Notes under the pieces: model-generated
The model's input: only the letters and a program-made list of their open reading frames with translations
The model's database searches: none
What the model was told of the DNA's origin: nothing
From: Eledone cirrhosa
Taxonomy: Eukaryota
Reading direction: 5' to 3'
Length of the DNA: 64,000 nt
Assembly: GCA_964016885.1 (NCBI GenBank)
Contig: OZ024762.1
Location: 28,396,001 to 28,460,000, forward strand
Shown: positions 27,711 through 42,200 of the stretch, piece after piece
Position numbering within the stretch: position 1 is the first letter of the stretch
Layout of the letters: each line of letters begins with the position of its first letter
Program-made: the position numbers and the translations under genes

Positions 27711-29124
27711 TTGGGTTGGTCTGTAACAAGACAATAGCTTTTATTATATATTGGGTTGGTCTGTAACAAGACAGTAGCTTTTATTCAATATTGGGTTGGC
27801 GTGTAACAAGACAGTAGATGTTATTCAATATTGGGTTGGTGTGTAACAAGACAGTAGCTTGTATTCAATATTAGGTTGGTCTGTAACAAGACAGTAGCTT
27901 TCATTATATATTGGGTTGGTGTGTAACAAGACAGTAGCTTTTATTAAATGTTAGGTTGGTCTGTAATAAGACAGTAGCTTTTATTAAATATTGGGTTGGT
28001 CTGTAATAAGACAATAGCTTTCATAATATATTGGGTTAGTGTGTAAAAAGACAGTAGCTTTTATTCAATATTAGGTCCGTCTGTAACAAGACAGTAGCTG
28101 TTATTCAATATTGGGTTGGTGTGTAACAAGACAGTAGCTTGTATTCAATATTAGGTTGGTCTGTAACAAGACAGTAGCTTTTATTAAATATTGGGTTGGT
28201 GTGTAACAAGACAGTAGCTTTGATTAAATATTAGGTTTGTGTGTAACAAGACTAGCTTTTATTAAATATTAGGTTGGTGTGTAACAAGACAGTAGCTTTT
28301 ATTAAATATTAGGTTTGTGTGTAAATAGACAGTAGCTTTTATTAAATATTAGGTTGGTCTGTAACAAGATAGTAGCTTATATTATATATTGGGTTGGGGT
28401 GTAACAAGACAGTAGCTTTTATACTATATTAGGTTTATCTGTTACAAGACAGTAGCTTTTATTCAATATTGGGTTGGTGTGTTACAAGACAGTAGCTTTT
28501 ATTCAATATTAGGTTGGTCTGTAACAAGACAGTAGCTTTGATTAAATATTAGGTTTGTGTGTAACAAGACTAGCTTTTATTAAATATTAGGTTGGTGTGT
28601 AACAAGACAGTAGATTTTCTTAAATATTAGGTTTGTGTGTAAATAGACAGTAGCTTTTATTAAATATTAGGTTGGTCTGTAACAAGATAGTAGCTTATAT
28701 TATATATTGGGTTGGGGTGTAACAAGACAGTAGTTTTATTAAATATTAGGTTGGTCTGTAACAAGACGGTAGCTTTTATTCAATATTCGTTTGGTGTGTA
28801 ACAAGACAGTAGCTGTTATTAAGTATTGGATTTGTCTGTAAAAAGACAGTAGCTTTTATTAAATATTTGGTTCGTGTGTAACAAGACAGTAGCTTTTATT
28901 AAATATTAAGTTGGTCTGTAACAAGACGGTAGCTTTTATTCAATATTCGGTTGGTGTGTAACAAGACAGTAGCTTTTATTCAATATTAGGTTGTTGTGTA
29001 ACAAGACAGTAGCTTTTATTCAATATTAGGTTGGTCTGTAACAAGACAGTAGCTTTGATTAAATATTAGGTTTGTGTGTAACAAGACTAGCTTTTATTAA
29101 ATATTATGTTGGTCTGTAACAAGA

Positions 29125-32100
29125 CAATAGCTCTTATTAAATATTGGGTTGGTCTGTAACAAGAAAATAGCTTTTATTATGTATTGGGTTGGTGTGTAAG
29201 AAGACAGTAGCTTTTATTAAATATTAGGTTGGTGTGTAACAAGACAGTAGCTTTCATTAAATATTAGGTTGGTCTGTAACAAGATAGTAGTTTTTATTGT
29301 ATATTGGGTAGGCGTGTAACAAGACAGTAGCTTTTAGTAAATATTGGATTGGTACGTTACAAGACAGTAGCTTTTATTAAATATTAGGTTTGTCTGTAAC
29401 AACACAGTAGCTTTTATTCAATCTTGGGTTGGTGTGTAACAAGACAGTAGCTTTTATTAAATATTGGGTTGGTCTGTAACAAGACAATAGCTTTTATTAT
29501 ATATTGGGTTGGTCTGTAACAAGACAGTAGCTTTTATTCAATATTGGGTTGGCGTGTAACAAGACAGTAGATTTTATTCAATATTGGGTTGGTGTGTAAC
29601 AAGTCAGTAGCTTGTATTCAATATTAGGTTGGTCTGTAACAAGACAGTAGCTTTCATTATATATTGGGTTGGTGTGTAACAAGACAGTAGCTTTTATTAA
29701 ATGTTAGGTTGGTCTGTAATAAGACAGTAGCTTTTATTAAATATTGGGTTGGTGTGTAACAAGACAGTAGCTTTTATTAAATATCAGGTTGGTCTGTAAT
29801 AAGACAATAGCTTTCATAATATATTGGGTTAGTGTGTAAAAAGACAGTAGCTTTTATTCAATATTAGGTCCGTCTGTAACAAGACAGTAGCTTTTATTAA
29901 ATATTGGGTTGGTGTGTAACAAGACAGTAGCTTTGATTAAATATTAGGTTTGTGTGTAACAAGACTAGCTTTTATTAAATATTAGGTTGGTGTGTAACAA
30001 GACAGTAGCTTTTATTAAATATTAGGTTTGTGTGTAAATAGACAGTAGCTTTTATTAAATATTAGGTTGGTCTGTAACAAGATAGTAGCTTATATTATAT
30101 ATTGGGTTGGGGTGTAACAAGACAGTAGCTTTTATACTATATTAGGTTTGTCTGTAACAAGACAGTAGCTTGTATTCAATATTAGGTTGGTCTATAACAA
30201 GACAGTAGCTTTTATTAAATATTAGGTTGGTCTGTAACAAGACAGTAGCTTTGATTAAATATTAGGTTTGTGTGTAACAAGACTAGCTTTTATTAAATAT
30301 TAGGTTGGTGTGTAACAAGACAGTAGCTTTTATTAAATATTATGTTGGTCTGTAACAAGACAATAGCTCTTATTAAATATTGGGTTGGTCTGTAACAAGA
30401 AAATAGCTTTTATTATGTATTGGGTTGGTGTGTAAGAAGACAGTAGCTTTTATTAAATATTAGGTTGGTGTGTAACAAGACAGTAGCTTTCATTAAATAT
30501 TAGGTTGGTCTGTAACAAGATAGTAGTTTTTATTGTATATTGGGTTGGCGTGTAACAAGACAGTAGCTTTTATTAAATATTGGATTGGTATGTAACAAGA
30601 CAGTAGCTTTTATTAAATATTAGGTTTGTCTGTAACAAGACAGTAGCTTTTATTCAATCTTGGGTTGGTGTGTAACAAGACAGTAGCTTTTATTAAATAT
30701 TGGGTTGGTCTGTAACAAGACAATAGCTTTTATTATATATTGGGTTGGTCTGTAACAAGAAAGTAGCTTTTATTCAATATTGGGTTGGTGTGTAACAAGA
30801 CAGTAGCTTTTATTCAATATTCGGTTGGTGTGTAACAAGACAATAGCTTTTATTAAATATTGGGTTGGTCTGTAACAAGACAGTAGCTTTTATTCAATAT
30901 TAGGTTTGTCTGTAACAAGACAGTAGCTTTTATTCAATATTGGGTTGGTGTGTAACAAGACAGTAGCTTGTATTCAATATTAGGTTGGTCTGTAACAAGA
31001 CAGTAGCTTTTATTAAATATTGGGTTCGTGCGTAACAAGACAGTAGCTTTTATTAAATAATATGTTGGTCTGTAACAAGAAAATATCTTTTATTACATAT
31101 TAGGTTGGTGTGTAACAAGACGGTAGCTTTTAGTATATATTAGGTTGGTCTGTAACAAGACAGTAGCTTTTATTAAATATTGGTTTCGTGTGTAACAAGA
31201 CATTAGCTTTTATTAAATAATATGTTGGTCTGTAACAAGATAGTAGCTTTTATTATATACTGGGTTGGCGTGTAACAAGACAGTAGTTTTATTAAATATT
31301 GGGTTTGTGTGTAACAAGACAGTAGCTTTTATTAAATATTGGGTTTGTGTGTAACAAGACAGTAGCTTTTATTAAATAGTAGGTTGGTGTGTAACAAGAC
31401 AGTAGTTTTATTAAATATTTGGTTGGTGTGTAACAAGACAGTAGCTTTTATTAAATATTAGGTTTGTCTGTAACAAGACGGTAGCTTTTATTCAATATTC
31501 GGTTGGTGTGTAGCTTTTATTAAATATTTAGGTTGGTCTGTAACAAGACAATAGCTTTTATCAAATATTGGGTTGGTGTGTATCAAGACAGTAGCTTTTA
31601 GTAAATATTAGGTTCGTCTGTAACAAGACGGTAGCTTTTATTCAATATTCGGTTGGTTACAACAAGGCAGTAGCTTTTATTTAGTATTAGGTTGGTCTGT
31701 AACAATACAGTAGCTTTTATTAAATATTGGTTTGGTGTGTAACAAGACAGTAGCTGTTATTCAATATTAGGTTGGTGTTGAACAAGACAGTAGCTTTTAT
31801 TAAATATTAGGTTGATGTGTAACAAGAAAGTAGCTTTTATTAAATATTAGGTTGGTCTGTAATAAGACAATAGCTTTCATTATATATTGGGTTGGTATGT
31901 AACAAGACAGTAGCTTTTATTCAATATTAGGTTGTTGTGTAACAAGACAGTAGCTTTTATTCAATATTGGGTTGGTGTGAAACAAGACAGTAGCTTGTAT
32001 TCAATATTAGGTTGGTCTGTAACAGGACAGTAGCTTTCATTATATATTGGGTTTGTGTGTAACAAGACAGTAGCTTTTATTAAATATTAGGTTGGTGTGT

Positions 32101-35100
32101 AAGAAGACAGTAGCATTTATTAAATATTAGGTTGGTGTGTAAGAAGACAGTAGCTCTTATTAAATATTGGGTTGGTCTGTAACAAGAAAATAGCTTTTAT
32201 TATGTATTGGGTTGGTGTGTAAGAAGACAGTAGCTTTTATTAAATATTAGGTTGGTGTGTAACAAGACAGTAGCTTTCATTAAATATTAGGTTGGTCTGT
32301 AACAAGATAGTAGTTTTTATTGTATATTGGGTAGGCGTGTAACAAGACAGTAGCTTTTAGTAAATATTGGATTGGTACGTTACAAGACAGTAGCTTTTAT
32401 TAAATATTAGGTTTGTCTGTAACAACACAGTAGCTTTTATTCAATCTTGGGTTGGTGTGTAACAAGACAGTAGCTTTTATTAAATATTGGGTTGGTCTGT
32501 AACAAGACAATAGCTTTTATTATATATTGGGTTGGTCTGTAACAAGACAGTAGCTTTTATTCAATATTGGGTTGGCGTGTAACAAGACAGTAGATTTTAT
32601 TCAATATTGGGTTGGTGTGTAACAAGTCAGTAGCTTGTATTCAATATTAGGTTGGTCTGTAACAAGACAGTAGCTTTCATTATATATTGGGTTGGTGTGT
32701 AACAAGACAGTAGCTTTTATTAAATGTTAGGTTGGTCTGTAACAAGACAGTAGCTTTTATTAAATATTGGGTTGGTGTGTAACAAGACAGTAGCTTTTAT
32801 TAAATATCAGGTTGGTCTGTAATAAGACAATAGCTTTCATAATATATTGGGTTAGTGTGTAAAAAGACAGTAGCTTTTATTCAATATTATGTCCGTCTGT
32901 AACAAGACAGTAGCTTTTATTAAATATTGGGTTGGTGTGTAACAAGACAGTAGCTTTGATTAAATATTAGGTTTGTGTGTAACAAGACTAGCTTTTATTA
33001 AATATTAGGTTGGTGTGTAACAAGACAGTAGCTTTTATTAAATATTAGGTTGGTCTGTAACAAGATAGTAGCTTATATTATATATTGGGTTGGGGTGTAA
33101 CAAGACAGTAGCTTTTATAATATATTAGGTTTGTCTGTAACAAGACAGTAGCTTTTATTCAATATTGGGTTGGTGTGTAACAAGACAGTAGCTTGTATTC
33201 AATATTAGGTTGGTCTGTAACAAGACAGTAGCTTTTATTAAATATTAGGTTGGTCTGTAACAAGACAGTAGCTTTGATTAAATATTAGGTTTGTGTGTAA
33301 CAAGACTAGCTTTTATTAAATATTAGGTTGGTGTGTAACAAGACAGTAGCTTTTATTAAATATTATGTTGGTCTGTAACAAGACAATAGCTCTTAGTAAA
33401 TATTGGGTTGGTCTGTAACAAGAAAATAGCTTTTATTATGTATTGGGTTGGTGTGTAAGAAGACAGTAGCTTTTATTAAATATTAGGTTGGTGTGTAACA
33501 AGACAGTAGCTTTCATTAAATATTAGGTTGGTCTGTAACAAGATAGTAGTTTTTATTGTATATTGGGTTGGCGTGTAACAAGACAGTAGCTTTTATTAAA
33601 TATTGGATTGGTATGTAACAAGAGAGTAGCTTTTATTAAATATTAGGTTTGTCTGTAACAAGACAGTAGCTTTTATTCAATCTTGGGTTGGTGTGTAACA
33701 AGACAGTAGCTTTTATTAAATATTGGGTTGGTCTGTAACAAGACAATAGCTTTTATTATATATTGGGTTGGTCTGTAACAAGAAAGTAGCTTTTATTCAA
33801 TCTTGGGTTGGTGTGTAACAAGACAGTAGCTTTTATTAAATATTGGGTTGGTCTGTAACAAGACAATAGCTTTTATTATATATTGGGTTGGTCTGTAACA
33901 AGAAAGTAGCTTTTATTCAATATTCGGTTGGTGTGTAACAAGACAATAGCTTTTATTAAATATTGGGTTGGTCTGTAACAAGACAGTAGCTTTTATTCAA
34001 TATTAGGTTTGTCTGTAACAAGACAGTAGCTTTTATTCAATATTGGGTTGGTGTGTAACAAGACAGTAGCTTGTATTCAATATTAGGTTGGTCTGTAACA
34101 AGACAGTAGCTTTTATTAAATATTGGGTTCGTGCGTAACAAGACAGTAGCTTTTATTAAATAATATGTTGGTCTGTAACAAGAAAATATCTTTTATTACA
34201 TATTAGGTTGGTGTGTAACAAGACGGTAGCTTTTAGTATATATTAGGTTGGTCTGTAACAAGACAGTAGCTTTTATTAAATATTGGGTTCGTGTGTAACA
34301 AGACATTAGCTTTTATTAAATAATATGTTGGTCTGTAACAAGATAGTAGCTTTTATTATATACTGGGTTGGCGTGTAACAAGACAGTAGTTTTATTAAAT
34401 ATTGGGTTTGTGTGTAACAAGACAGTAGCTTTTATTAAATATTGGGTTTGTGTGTAACAAGACAGTAGCTTTTATTAAATAGTAGGTTGGTGTGTAACAA
34501 GACAGTAGTTTTATTAAATATTTGGTTGGTGTGTAACAAGACAGTAGCTTTTATTAAATATTAGGTTTGTCTGTAACAAGACGGTAGCTTTTATTCAATA
34601 TTCGGTTGGTGTGTAGCTTTTATTAAATATTTAGGTTGGTCTGTAACAAGACAATAGCTTTTATCAAATATTGGGTTGGTGTGTATCAAGACAGTAGCTT
34701 TTAGTAAATATTAGGTTCGTCTGTAACAAGACGGTAGCTTTTATTCAATATTCGGTTGGTTACAACAAGGCAGTAGCTTTTATTTAGTATTAGGTTGGTC
34801 TGTAACAATACAGTAGCTTTTATTAAATATTGGTTTGGTGTGTAACAAGACAGTAGCTTTTATTCAATATTAGGTTGGTGTTGAACAAGACAGTAGCTTT
34901 TATTAAATATTAGGTTGATGTGTAACAAGAAAGTAGCTTTTATTAAATATTAGGTTGTTGTGTAACAAGACAGTAGCTTTTATTCAATATTGGGTTGGTG
35001 TGAAACAAGACAGTAGCTTGTATTCAATATTAGGTTGGTCTGTAACAGGACAGTAGCTTTCATTATATATTGGGTTTGTGTGTAACAAGACAGTAGCTTT

Positions 35101-35175
35101 TATTAAATATTAGGTTGGTGTGTAAGAAGACAGTAGCTTTTATTAAATATTAGGTTGGTGTGTAAGAAGACAGTA
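29125..35175. repeat. Higher-order tandem duplication, ~3023-bp period with whole-monomer indels
   Basis: tagctctt 29128/32151, aagtcagtag 29601/32624 and aagaagac 32101/35124 give offset 3023. tatcaagac 31581/34684 gives 3103, i.e. two extra monomers locally. Confidence 0.87.
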
Positions 35176-38100
35176 GCTTTTATTAAATATTAGGTTGGTC
35201 TGTAATAAGACAATAGCTTTCATAATATATTGGGTTGGTGTGTAAAAAGACAGTAGCTTTTATTCAATATTAGGTTTGTCTGTAACAAGACAGTAGCTTT
35301 AATTCAATATTGGGTTGGTGTGTAACAAGACAGTAGCTTGTATTCAATATTAGGTTGGTCTGTAACAAGACAGTAGCTTTTATTAAATGTTGGGTTGGTG
35401 TGTAACGAGACAGTAGCTTTGATTAAATATTTGGGTTGTTTGTAACAAGACTAGCTTTTATTAAATATTAGGTTGGTGCGTAACAAGAGAGTAGCTTTTA
35501 TTAAATATTAGGTTTGTGTGTAAATAGACAGTAGCTTTTATTAAATATTAGGTTGGTCTGTAACAAGATAGTAGCTTTTATTATATATTGGGTTGGCGTG
35601 TAACAAACAGTATTTTTATTAAATATTAGGTTGGTCTGTAACAAGACGGTAGCTTTTATTCAATATTCGTTTGGTGTATAAGAAGACAGTAGCTTTTATT
35701 AAGTATTAGGTTGGTCTGTAAAAAGACAGTAGCTTTTATTAAATATTGGGTTCGTGTGTAACAAGACAGTAGCTTTTATTAAATAATAGGTTGGTCTGTA
35801 ACAAGCTTTTATTCAATATTCGGTTGGTGTGTAACAAGACAATAGCTTTTAACAAATATTGGGTTGGTGTGTAACAAGACAATAGCTTTTATCAAATATT
35901 GGGTTCGTGTGTAACAAGACAGTAGCTTTTATTAAATATTAGGTTCGTCTGTAACAAGACGGTAGCTTTTATTCAATATTCGGTTGGTTACAACAAGACA
36001 GTAGCTTTTATTCAATATTAGGTTGGTGTTTAACAAGACAGTAGCTTTTATTAAATATTAGGTTGATGTGTAACAAGAAAGTAGCTTTTATTAAATATTA
36101 GGTTGGTCTGTAATAATACAATAGCTTTCATTATATATTGGGTTGGTGTGTAACAAGACAGTAGCTTTTATTCAATATTAGGTTGTTGTGTAACAAGACA
36201 GTAGCTTTTATTCAATATTGGGTTGGTGTGTAACAAGACAGTAGCTTTTATTAAATATTAGGTTGGTCTGTAACAAGACAGTAGCTTTTATTAAATATTG
36301 GGTTGGTGTGTAACAAGACAGTAGCTTTTATTAATTATTAGGTTGGTCTGTAATAAGACAATAGCTTTCATAATATATTGGGTTGGTGTGCAACAAGACA
36401 GTAGCTTTGATTAAATATTAGGTTTGTGTGTAATAAGACTAGCTTTTATTAAATATTAGGTTGGTGTGTAACAAGACAGTAGCTTTTATTAAATATTAGG
36501 TTTGTGTGTAAATAGACAGTAGCTTTATTAAATATTAGGTTGGTCTGTAACAAGATAGTAGCTTTTATTATATATTGGGTTGGGGTGTAACAAGACAGTA
36601 GTTTTATTAAATATTAGGTTGGTCTGTAACAAGACGGTAGCTTTTATTCAATATTCGTTTGGTGTGTAACAAGACAGTAGCTGTTAATAAGTATTTGATT
36701 TGTCTGTAAAAAGACAGTAGCTTTTATTATATATTTGGTTCGTGTGTAACAAGACAGTAGCTTTTGTTAAATATTAGGTTGGTCTGTAACAAGACGGTAG
36801 CTTTTATTCAATATTCGGTTGGTGTGTAACAAGACAGTAGCTTTTATTCAATATTAGGTTTGTCTGTAACAAGACAGTAGCTTTTATTCAATATAGGGTT
36901 GGTGTGTAACAAGACAGTAGCTTTTATTCAATGTTAGGTTGGTCTGTAACAAGACGGTAGCTTTTATTAAATGTTGGGTTGGTGTGTAACAAGACAGTAG
37001 CTTTGATTAAATATTAGGTTTGTTTGTAACAAGACTAGCTTTTATTAAATATTAGGTTGGTGCGTAACAAGAGAGTAGCTTTTATTAAATATTAGGTTGG
37101 TCTGTAACAAGATAGTAGCTTTTATTATATATTGGGTTGGCGTGTAACAAACAGTAGTTTTATTAAATATTAGGTTGGTCCGTAACAAGACGGTAGCTTT
37201 TATTCAATATTCGTTTGGTGTGTAACAAGACAGTAGCTTTTATTAAATATTAGGTTGGTCTGTAAAAAGACAGTAGCTTTTATTAAATATTGGGTTCGTG
37301 TGTAACAAGACAGTAGCTTTTATTAAATAATAGGTTGGTCTGTAACAAGCTTTTATTCAATATTCGGTTGGGGTGTAACAAGACAATAGCTTTTATCAAA
37401 TATTGGGTTGGTGTGTAACAAGACAGTAGTTTTCTTAAATATTGGGTTCGTGTGTAACAAGACAGTAGCTTTTATTAAATATTAGGTTCGTCAGTAACAA
37501 GACGGTAGCTTTTATTCAATATTCGGTTGGTGTGTAACAAGTCAGTAGCTTTTATTAAGTATTAGGTTGGTCTATAACAAGACAGTAGCTTTTATTAAAT
37601 ATTGGTTTGGTGTGTAACAAGACAGTAGCTTTTATTCAATATCAGGTTGGTGTTTAACAAGACAGTAGCTTTCATTATATATTGGGTTGGTGTGTAACAA
37701 GACAGTAGCTTTTATTCAATATTATGTTGTTGTGTAACAGGAGAGTAGCTTTTATTCAATATTGGTTTGGTGTGTAACAAGACAGTAGCTTGTATTCAAT
37801 ATTAGGTTGGTCTGTAACAAGACAGTAGCTTTCATTATATATTGGGTTGGTGTGTAACAAGACAGTAGCTTTTATTAAATATTGGGTTGGTGTGAAACAA
37901 GACAGTAGCTTTTATTAAATATTAGGTTGGTCTGTAATAAGACAATAGCTTTCATTATATATTCGGTTGGTGTGTAACAAGACAGTAGCTTGTATTCAAT
38001 ATTAGGTTGGTCTGTAACAAGACAGTAGCGTTGATTAAATATTAGGTTTGTGTGTAACAAAACTAGCTTTTATTAAATATTAGGTTGGTGTGTAACAAGA

Positions 38101-39239
38101 CAGTAGCTTTTATTAAATATTATATTGGTCTGTAACAAGACAATAGCTCTTATTAAATATTGGGTTGGTCTGTAACAAGAAAATAGCTTTTATTATGTAT
38201 TGGGTTGGTGTGTAAGAAGACAGTAGCTTTTATTAAATATTAGGTTGGTGTGTAACAAGACAGTAGCTTTCATTAAATATTAGGTTGGTCTGTAACAAGA
38301 TAGTAGTTTTTATTGTATATTGGGTTGGCGTGTAACAAGACAGTAGCTTTTATTAAATATTGGATTGGTACGTAACAAGACAGTAGCTTTTATTAAATAT
38401 TAGGTTTGTCTGTAACAAGACAGTAGCTTTTATTCAATCTTGGGTTGGTGTGTAACAAGACAGTGGCTTTTATTAAATATTGGGCTGGTCTGTAACAAGA
38501 CAATAGCTTTTATTATATATTGGGTTGGTCTGTAACAAGACAGTAGCTTTTATTCAATATTGGGTTGGCGTGTAACAAGACAGTAGCTTTTATTCAATAT
38601 TGGGTTGGTGTGTAACAAGACAGTAGCTTGTATTCAATATTAGGTTGGTCTGTAACAAGACAGTAGCTTTTATTAAATATTGGGTTCGTGCGTAACAAGA
38701 CAGTAGCTTTTATTATATAATATGTTGGTCTGTAACAAGAAAATATCTTTTATTATGTATTGGGTTGGTGTGTAACAAGACAGTAGCTTTTATTAAATAT
38801 TAGGTTTGTGTGTAACTAGACAGTAGCTTTTATTAAATATTAGGTTGGTGTGTAACAAGACGGTAGCTTTTATTAAATATTATGTTGGTCTGTAACAAGA
38901 CAGTAGCTTTTATTAAATATTGGGTTCGTGTGTAACAAGACAGTAGCTTTTATTAAATAACATGTTGGTCTGTAACAAGATAGTAGCTTTTATTATATAT
39001 TGGGTTGGCGTGTAACAAGACAGTAGTTTTATTAAATATTGGGTTTGTGTGTAACAAGAAAGTAGCTTTTATTCAATATTGGGTTGGTGTGTAACAAGAC
39101 AGTAGCTTGTATTCAATATTAGGTTGGTCTGTAACAGGACAGTAGCTTTCATTATATATTGGGTTGGTGTGTAACAAGACAGTAGCTTTATTAAATATTG
39201 GGTTTGTGTGTAACAAGATAGTAGCTTTTATTAAATATT

Positions 39240-42200
39240 AGGTTGGTGTGTAATAAGACGGTAGCTTTTATTAAATATTGAGTTGGTGTGTAACAAGACA
39301 GTAGTTTTATTAAATATTTGGTTGGTGTGTAACAAGACAGTAGCTTGTATTAAATATTAGGTTGGTGTGTAACAAGACAGTAGCTTGTATTCAATATTAG
39401 GTTGGTCTGTAACAAGACAGTAGCTTTCATTATATATTGGGTTGGTGTGTAACAAAACAGTAGCTTTTAGTAAATATTAGGTTCGTCTGTAACAAGACGG
39501 TAGCTTTTATTCAATATTCGGTTGGTGTGTAGCTTTTATTAAATATTAGGTTTGTCTGTAACAAGACAATAGCTTTTATCAAATATTGGGTTGGTGTGTA
39601 ACAAAACAGTAGCTTTTAGTAAATATTAGGTTCGTCTGTAACAAGACGGTAGCTTTTATTCAATATTCGGTTGGTTACAACAAGACAGTAGCTTTTATTA
39701 AGTATTAGGTTGGTCTGTAACAAGACAGTAGCTTTTATTAAATATTGGTTTGGTGTGTAACAAGACAGTAGCTTTTATTCAATATTAGGTTGGTGTTTAA
39801 CAAGACAGTAGCTTTTATTAAATATTAGGTTGATGTGTAACAAGAAAGTAGCTTTTATTAAATATTAGGTTGGTCTGTAATAAGACAATAGCTTTCATTA
39901 TATATTGGGTTGGTGTGTAACAAGACAGTAGCTTTTATTCAATATTAGGTTTTTGTGTAACAAGACAGTAGCTTTTATTCAATATTGGGTTGGTGTGTAA
40001 CAAGACAGTAGCTTGTATTCAATATTAGGTTGGTCTGTAACAAGACAGTAGCTTTCATTATATATTGGGTTGGTGTGTAACAAGACAGTAGCTTTTATTA
40101 TATATTAGGTTGGTCTGTAACAAGACAGTAGCTTTTATTAAATATTGGGTTGGTGTGTAACAAGACAGTAGCTTTTATTAAATATTAGGTTGGTCTGTAA
40201 TAAGACAATAGCTTTCATAATATATTGGGTTGGTGTGTAAAAAGACAGTAGCTTTTATTCAATATTAGGTTCGTCTGTAACAAGACAGTAGCTTTTATTC
40301 AATATTGGGTTGGTGTGTAACAAGACAGTAGCTTATATTCAATATTAGGTTGGTCTGTAACAAGACAGTAGCTTTTATTAAATATTGGGTTGGTGTGTAA
40401 CAAGACAGTAGCTTTTATTAATGATTAGGTTTGTGTGTAAATAGACAGTAGCTTTTATTAAATATTAGGTTGGTCTGTAACAAGATAGTAGCTTTTATTA
40501 TATATATGGTTGGCGTGTAACAAACAGTAGATTTATTAAATATTATGTTGGTCTGTAACAAGACGGTAGCTTTTATTCAATATTCGTTTGGTGTGTAACA
40601 AGACAGTAGCTTTTATTAAATATTAGGTTGGTCTGTAAAAAGACAGTAGCTTTTATTAAATATTGGGTTCGTGTGTAAGAAGACAGTAGCTTTTATTACA
40701 TATTGGGTTCGTGTGAAACAAGACAGTAGCTTTTATTAAATATTAGGTTGGTCTGTAACAAGCTCTTATTCAATATTCGGTTGGTGTGTAACAAGACATA
40801 GCTTGTATTCAATATTAGGTTGGTCTGTAACAAGACAGTAGCTTTGATTAAATATTAGGTTTGTGTGTAAATAGACAGTAGCTTTTATTAAATATTAGGT
40901 TGGTCTGTAACAAGATAGTAGCTTTTATTATATATTGGGTTGGGGTGTAACAAGACAGTAGTTTTATTAAATATTAGGTTGGTCTGTAACAAGACGGTAG
41001 CTTTTATTCAATATTCGTTTGGTGTGTAACAAGACAGTAGCTGTTATTAAGTATTTGATTTGTCTGTAAAAAGACAGTAGCTTGTATTAAATATTTGGTT
41101 CGTGTGTAACAAGACAGTAGCTTTTATTAAATATTAGGTTGGTCTGTAACAAGACGGTAGCTTTTATTCAATATTCGGTTGGTGTGTAACAAGACAGTAG
41201 CTTTTATTCAATATTAGGTTGTTGTGTAACAAGACAGTAGCTTTTATTCAATATTGGGTTGGTGTGTAACAAGACAGTAGCTTGTATTCAATATTAGGTT
41301 GGTCTGTAACAGGACAGTAGCTTTCATTATATATTGGGTTTGTGTGTAACAAGACAGTAGCTTTTATTAAATATTAGGTTGGTCTGTAACAAGACAGTAG
41401 CTTTTATTAAATATTGGGTTGGTGTGTAACAAGACAGTAGCTTTTATTAAATATTAGGTTGGTCTGTAATAAGACAATAGCTTTCATAATATATTGGGTT
41501 GGTGTGTAAAAAGACAGTAGCTTTTATTCAATATTAGGTTGGTCTGTAACAAGACAGTAGTTTTATTCAATATTGGGTTGGTGTGTAACAAGACAGTAGC
41601 TTGTATTCAATGTTAGGTTGGTCTGTAACAAGACAGTAGCTTTTATTAAATGTTGGGTTGGTGTGTAACAAGACAGTAGCTTTGATTAAATATTAGGTTT
41701 GTTTGTAACAAGACTAGCTTTTATTAAATATTAGGTTGGTGCGTAACAAGAGAGTAGCTTTTATTAAATATTAGGTTTGTGTGTAAATAGACAGTAGCTT
41801 TTATTAAATATTAGGTTGGTCTGTAACAAGATAGTTGCTTTTATTATATATTGGGTTGGCGTGTAACAAACAGTAGCTTTTATTAAATATTAGGTTGGTG
41901 TGTAATAAGACGGTAGCTTTTATTAAATATTGAGTTGGTGTGTAACAAGACAGTAGTTTTATTAAATATTTGGTTGGTGTGTAACAAGACAGTAGCTTTT
42001 ATTAAATATTAGGTTGGTGTGTAACAAGACAGTAGCTTGTATTCAATATTAGGTTGGTCTGTAACAAGACAGTAGCTTTCATTATATATTGGGTTGGTGT
42101 GTAACAAAACAGTAGCTTTTAGTAAATATTAGGTTCGTCTGTAACAAGACGGTAGCTTTTATTCAATATTCGGTTGGTGTGTAGCTTTTATTAAATATTA

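Noticed and set aside
37875-38060. 61-aa minus-strand ORF
   Set aside because: Same repeat-derived translation (LLQTNLI/SYCLVT/QPNI motifs), with no gene context.
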